Positions 60,301-64,000 of a DNA stretch of 64,000 nt are shown here, in pieces. The notes beneath the pieces were generated by a model. It was not told where the DNA came from. It saw only the letters and a program-made list of their open reading frames with translations, and did no database searches. The DNA is from Rhizaria sp. SCN 62-66 (taxonomy: Eukaryota), in NCBI GenBank assembly GCA_001724265.1, contig MEDY01000220.1, forward strand, positions 1 to 64,000, in the 5' to 3' direction. Both the position numbers and the translations under genes were made by a program. Numbering within the stretch: position 1 is the first letter of the stretch; each line of letters opens with the position of its first letter.

Positions 60301-63300
60301 CTGCGTTTCTTTGCTCTATTATGCAGTCATCGTCTCTTGCAATTGTCGTACATGCTGGCGCCGACCTGCGTCCCCGCTCAACTGCGATGAAGGAGTTGCA
60401 AGAGCGGCTGCTGCTCGCTGCCACTGTCGGAATCGACACGCTGATTGTCGCAATCACCGGTTTGTGGACCTCGCGCGACGGCTTCTCTGCCTCCCGCTTT
60501 GCCACTGCTCGCGCTGCCCTCACTGCTGGCGTCCTCAAGGACGCAGGTTTCGGCTCTGCCGCTCTGCCTGCTCAAACTCCAGCGTCTCTTGGCGCTTCCT
60601 CAGTTCGGTCATCGGCATCACGTGGTGTCGGATCTGGCAACAGTCGGTCAACGTCCGAAGCTAACGCCGAAGGCGCGGCGGAAGCTGCAGCCAGGGCGCT
60701 GGATGCCCCACCAAGTTCGTTCGATACTATTTCATCGACGCCTACAGTGATCTTCATCCCTCTTGCGGCGGACGCTGATGTGGCTGGTGCGACGGCACGC
60801 ATTGGTGCAATGACGGTCCCGCCGCACCCAGCTTTGCTTGCAGCATCGACATCTGCTGCGGCAGCTCTGGCGAACGCGAGTAAGCGCGGGAAGCATGGTG
60901 GTGATAATAATAGTAATCACTCGAAGGCTCTTACTTTGGGCCAGTGGCTGACAACTGATGGCCTGCCCTCAAGTATCTTGCTCGAGAAGATCACAAGTGC
61001 GAGCACCCTCACTGGCAGTGGGGACGCAACGGTGTCTGCAACATCAGCCAGTGATATTGCGACTGCGTATGGTAGTGTTGTAAGCGCTGCGGGTGTGCGT
61101 GTGGGTCCTTTATCTATTACGCCGGTCAACAACAACGAGAAAGCTATGTCTGACGCGAGTTCGGCGTCGAGTGGTGCATGTGACTCTGCACTGTGGGCGC
61201 GTGCATACCCGTCGCTTCCTGCTGCTCTTGCGCTTACCACACCTCATGCGCGTTCTCGTCTCACTGACACAGCGCTGATGTCGCGCCCCGTGTCTTTGCT
61301 TGTCTCGTGGGTTTCTGAACCTATTGTGTCCTTATCGACCTCACGCACGGCAAATGACACAGGATCGAACCTTGAACCAAGTTGCCGTTCGGGTGATGGT
61401 CTGTGGTTTGCGCCCGGCACTGCGAGTACGCATGTGCTTAACTCCGGCACTCGCGAAGTCATCAATAGCTCGAACGTCGCAAACACCGAACCACTGATGG
61501 CCCGAAAGGCATCCCACTCATGGGGCTCTATCGGAGCTCAAGAGGAGGGTGACGGTGATTGGGGAGACTGGTGTCCTGCTGTTCCTCGTAACGGTGGCAT
61601 CACTGACGTGTCGTCGCTTCTGCCACAGCTCCCCGGCTCAAGCTCGACTAGTAAGGGCAAGTCTGACACTCTTTCGAAACAGGACGACCGTGCTACGGCT
61701 GATTCTCCGAATAAGGGTCACACTGCCGTGTTTTCTCGACACGCAGTTATTACCTACACTGTACGCGCGCGAGTGATCACTGGTTTGCTTCCCACGAACG
61801 CTCTTTCTCCTGCTGCGCTAGTGCACGCAGCTGAGGGAGGTAAAGTCAGCGCCGCCCAGCTAGCTCTTGCTGCGACGACTGCTGCTGCTTTGGCCCAAGG
61901 GCCATTGCTTGCGGCTGCTGTGCCTGCGCAGTCTCCTGACGGTTTAGCGTCTGTCATCAGGCACTTCACCCGCCGCGCCACCGCCCTCAGCTCTGACACA
62001 GTCAAAAACTCTCACGCTTCCAATGACGGCAAGACGAACAGCAATTCAGTGGAGTTCTTACCGTCATTGCCAGCGATGCCCTTTCCAGTCCAAGTATCTT
62101 TTCCTCGCTTCCGTGACAACGTAGCTGACTCTTCACGTTTCCCCGAGCTTGCACCTCTCATCACAGAGACACGCAATGCAGCGTTACGTGCGGGGATGAC
62201 CCCTGCTTCAAGTGCCACTCTTGCGACCCGAACTGCGACGTCCCGCAATGTTTCCGATTTCGAGTTAATGGACCTCGACCACCCAGCGTTCTCTGCTGGT
62301 GGCGCTGCAGCCGCAGCACGACACTTACAGGGCCCTGTTCCCGTCGCTGACTACCACCACGGCAAGTCAAGTGCTAGTGGCGGTCGTGGTGACACGACTT
62401 CGGTCAACGATGCTCTTGACGAGACGGGCGATGCTGCGTGCGACTCCGCGCTTTTCGCAGCGCCTGGAGACGATGTTTACGTGACGGTCACTGTTGATGC
62501 CGGAGCAGTCGGAGCATTGCTAGAGACTGTCGCTGTTGAATCAGCTGCACATGATGCAACTGCCAGCGCTGCTGCTGCGACACTGCTGCAAGACTTGGAT
62601 CCGTCCGACCCGGTTGCAGCGGCTCTGATTCGTTTATCAACTGCCTCTGCGGTTGCTGCTGACGCTCTTGCATCAGACGGCGCCTCAGTTGCCTCTGGCG
62701 ACGCAACAGTGGCGAGAGCGCGCGTTGCAGCGAGCGGGGAAGCGGGTGACTATGCGGCTGCTGTCCTTGCTATTCTGTCTGCGATGCACTCTCCCGAGGG
62801 TTGTGCACATGTCCTCTCGAGGAACAGCAATACCGGTGGTTGCAGTAGCCTCTTTGACGTCAGCATTCGTCCGGGCCACGTTCTGGTGGCACCATCTACT
62901 GTCACTGTCGCTGAGGAGACCCGCGACGCGACGGCTAAGTTAATCGACACTCTTGCAGGTGGAAAGGCAGGAACCGCGCCGGTTTCTGCTTTTGCTGCCG
63001 CAGGCTCCATCGCTGCTGCGCGTGGCAAGCGTCAACAGCCGTCAGCTGCAGTCGAGCGCGCTGCTGCTCTCTTATCTTCGATGTCTCTGTCGCGCGCGCT
63101 AGCTGTACAGAACCCCGCTGTTCGTGGTCTGGCCCCTTTGCCGCTGCGGTTGGCACGCGTCGTGCAGGTCCTCGTTTCGCCGTGGTCACTTCATCCTGAT
63201 GTGAATCACAGCAGTCCAGTCACACTTAGCCGGATGTATGGAGTTGGGAAGAGAGCTTTTTTTGTTCCTATGCGCAGTCTCTCTGCTTGTGACAACGATG

Positions 63301-64000
63301 CGGAGGATCCACTGTGCACGCTGCTTGGCTTAACGCGTCCTCGGATCATCATCAACGACAGTGCTCTTGACGAAAACGCCAAGAGTGCTTCCAACATGTG
63401 CGCAGCAGGAACGCTTGGAGCTGACCCGCTCCTGACAACCAACGATAACATGTGCCTAACTTTGCTCTCTGACTGTGAGCAATGCCAGACTCGCGCTACT
63501 GCAACTAGCAAATCCTCACTCACAGTCAAGCAATGGTTGCAACAATCCGGTGCAATTCCCTTCACTGTTGAAAAATCTGGGGCCTATGTAAAGCCTGGCG
63601 ACTTCAGTCCTGCTAAGGTCCTCAATGCAGCATCGGAGTCAGAGTCGCTTCGTCTGTGTCGTATTGCGTTCGATCCAGTGTATGGTCCCGTTACATCCTG
63701 TCGTTTTTGCTCGCCATCAACAGCTCACGAATCGAGCGAGGACTCGGTCGAGGACACTGGTGTGATTACCTCGAGTGATCTGAATGGTTCTGATCGTGGT
63801 GATATGAGTTCAGCTCTGACTCTTGCTGCGAGTGGGAAAGAACGGCATTCCTGGGGACGGACATTGCCGTGGCTGGTTGAGGATGGTATTAGGAGTGCAG
63901 ATGTTGCAGCCGACGCTGCTGCAGCTACTGCAGCGGCATCTACTATTCCAGGCCGTGATGGTGAGATCGAGTACCATGTCAATAGCGATCTACTGTCGTC
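54369..64000 (+). CDS. Giant protein (>3200 aa, truncated by window end) with 13 N-terminal NPF repeats; function unknown
   Basis: ATG at 54369 gives MSAPDPRNPFASASASTSNPF... I read the 5' part directly. The ORF track lists no terminated ORF in this frame, consistent with it staying open to 64000 (spot-checked only). Confidence 0.78.
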   Translation, partial: MSAPDPRNPFASASASTSNPFATAASAPNPFATSQNAAIAPNPFAAAGSANPFPAAAATGAGANPANPFATATTYANPFVTAPTTAGFAAVPNPFAGASTAPPVVLVNNPFATASTGASVQTNPFASGTTSSNPFASALTGSNPFASATAAANPFASLATPAPAPYLAATPPAAKPSSLDPLVTTSALGQIPLQALTASVEAALLDAASVAAAASLSPSHGGGGEGDAQDAAATGAGVAQFYQLPLVGLIPAPQPLAANNNNSSSSSGSGAGAAAQSSLASRFADGGIIPPPAVLGLALTTLAASGAGAAAARPLGPSWQLLHSQAQSQLHAVRKRAQTPPMLESVATEGQVSAIAAASEAQQGPGADCSRTRFALDPVALKWARPSANELPSGLAVAMAVPPTATAVADPAVVVRADNVVRPAHAHAQASKAAAVGRVGARKRALDSSAAGSAGALETIQDDLNEEESDDSEGDDDDDRFIETNADDIMRCFRGQSVVSRAQFKQKNTFWNNKKRITYVSAAPTTTPLLSPPPLPSATAASALDLSTAAALFSALPQPLAPFPLSLGHSNLRRAAAAPVLGVAAGAATAAAFAVLTQTPLSSWRPTVVSAKPAVLKHSDAISAMSHEDALSLVANMGSDEANNASDHNDQITDGTNSNDDDVADNDADDGEYFINSAKKDGPGLNVMASAIAARRAQRDLEVAATLPPPPPPPRAPYLVPSTLHAWRSVLVSARASKASLAKVYTDADDRLSSRISALLSIFTPLSKGMSSMNPKLASKSPSHNLITLPLSPTNLRLTSLAIALSVTRLLLRTMARAHVFAHTVALARTRIPVLPAYLSSEAARTARSSMEKELALEAQTAAATLSIARAPLAYRCLFSLAAAVVDSKARECGYALLPAVVTALMSDSPPATLVEAAADAAALAAVISDATNANATATGMNDNDNEESSIDGSLEKADLNVRVITKVNAELCGVNDSEEGHKDPFAPLNSSILANHVNPKTASALAAVAVGSAQSPMPSATATTATEDTEFSLQISELAGMPATLRTTNLAALPPHDSPPEHAVLSATFAPDSVDASPSTLAALLHVPPPAAVADMRRRAIAWAKDVLTLQFRACTGNPAAMATAVAAVQSALRSPGVMARFLPFDCAERCIDVVTSLVDSTRLGLIALNAAAVETSKPLLKLAGRGRLAAEGVAAAAASRARIEAQAKARAKAAYNETKVFGVTLTGLIVNSKSKQAVRTVSAAQMTPEQRVSVGLPLLPAAVDVSGRPGHVTPGIKQKMAVARMSFVSSHQNSAAATAQANSISRVFRSGPWRVPHADRYSLLFARDLTVNEATAAGWRGRCDAERVRATASGLLRAARDDVGDNVGMRSIARLSHRGRVPYLLALALDAADRARARSLAIAALPAAAAAEQSPASAAAALLTAAIIPSQALRTLRRALVALTRSSRLLWRRSQLDAWAAHLRAGEWDNVVSALTRRGMLPDSVNKALADSSPAIMAGPELLRALVAAKATSGGSSAAVVTSVAAAVAAVQRFSTQVRDQRSAISEAYAAAVSDFIAAAADATEELVALANTDTSCVSSCARHGRHASSHQDSVNACHCPPQLVVALQLARAVAAMTATLKGSIEAQRHSSLAVDALLARAGSALHDAPAGLISVGSLPDLPTANSGKALTPALAAAAAALDQPALTDAGLIQGAPLLRRPRVRAAVFVLGADSANANVSRSSNGCAKNEGLALAGALMESEAAARHTATAVVSNSLGTEYNLDGSALRSLLVAFPSAFTTGSVANCALSVPGLSLPLTIALARLLRLCPGALHLVFNPTLSLQSHLASLFTAVTAADDGEVAFAWAELTRSLPASECFNEVSESSSDGKHSQQNMGDVALQSLRRALNAVYASNTNSSTSKHGVTLAQLFPAGILYALARHTQLSLAVAGRTLWLPQAAWLLCGPSHPLSPVSTSKRVDSSASNLGMQIASERAAFLCSIMQSSSLAIVVHAGADLRPRSTAMKELQERLLLAATVGIDTLIVAITGLWTSRDGFSASRFATARAALTAGVLKDAGFGSAALPAQTPASLGASSVRSSASRGVGSGNSRSTSEANAEGAAEAAARALDAPPSSFDTISSTPTVIFIPLAADADVAGATARIGAMTVPPHPALLAASTSAAAALANASKRGKHGGDNNSNHSKALTLGQWLTTDGLPSSILLEKITSASTLTGSGDATVSATSASDIATAYGSVVSAAGVRVGPLSITPVNNNEKAMSDASSASSGACDSALWARAYPSLPAALALTTPHARSRLTDTALMSRPVSLLVSWVSEPIVSLSTSRTANDTGSNLEPSCRSGDGLWFAPGTASTHVLNSGTREVINSSNVANTEPLMARKASHSWGSIGAQEEGDGDWGDWCPAVPRNGGITDVSSLLPQLPGSSSTSKGKSDTLSKQDDRATADSPNKGHTAVFSRHAVITYTVRARVITGLLPTNALSPAALVHAAEGGKVSAAQLALAATTAAALAQGPLLAAAVPAQSPDGLASVIRHFTRRATALSSDTVKNSHASNDGKTNSNSVEFLPSLPAMPFPVQVSFPRFRDNVADSSRFPELAPLITETRNAALRAGMTPASSATLATRTATSRNVSDFELMDLDHPAFSAGGAAAAARHLQGPVPVADYHHGKSSASGGRGDTTSVNDALDETGDAACDSALFAAPGDDVYVTVTVDAGAVGALLETVAVESAAHDATASAAAATLLQDLDPSDPVAAALIRLSTASAVAADALASDGASVASGDATVARARVAASGEAGDYAAAVLAILSAMHSPEGCAHVLSRNSNTGGCSSLFDVSIRPGHVLVAPSTVTVAEETRDATAKLIDTLAGGKAGTAPVSAFAAAGSIAAARGKRQQPSAAVERAAALLSSMSLSRALAVQNPAVRGLAPLPLRLARVVQVLVSPWSLHPDVNHSSPVTLSRMYGVGKRAFFVPMRSLSACDNDAEDPLCTLLGLTRPRIIINDSALDENAKSASNMCAAGTLGADPLLTTNDNMCLTLLSDCEQCQTRATATSKSSLTVKQWLQQSGAIPFTVEKSGAYVKPGDFSPAKVLNAASESESLRLCRIAFDPVYGPVTSCRFCSPSTAHESSEDSVEDTGVITSSDLNGSDRGDMSSALTLAASGKERHSWGRTLPWLVEDGIRSADVAADAAAATAAASTIPGRDGEIEYHVNSDLLS
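54390..54835 (+). repeat. Array of 13 NPF(A) peptide repeats (degenerate AAYCCNTTY)
   Basis: Counted by hand translation; spacers are Ala/Ser/Thr-rich. Confidence 0.9.

Overview
GC-rich eukaryotic (protist-like) nuclear DNA. It holds about 16 closely spaced protein-coding genes with short, AT-richer spliceosomal introns (114-222 nt, donors mostly GTACGT). No rRNA, tRNA, CRISPR array or transposon is evident. Recognisable genes: SMAP-type ArfGAP, outer-arm dynein EF-hand light chain (LC4-like, implying a flagellate), single-chain ATP-citrate lyase, GTPBP1/2, Vti1-type Qb-SNARE, RRP4, MGRN1/LOG2-type RING E3 (frameshifted), a HEIP1/REDIC1-like meiotic crossover factor, MMADHC/CblD, a UBX protein, a probable mitoribosomal mS33, a CH-coiled-coil-WH2 protein, and several giant low-complexity ORFs, including a >3200-codon ORF with 13 NPF repeats that runs off the window. 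Main discovery: the organism appears to use a non-standard nuclear genetic code in which TAG alone is a sense codon. Six in-frame TAGs, and no in-frame TAA/TGA, interrupt four otherwise continuous genes, one inside a conserved UBX domain. All gene ends I could resolve are TAA or TGA. Gln is the best guess for the encoded residue and Glu is possible. Gene identities come from remembered motifs, not database searches.
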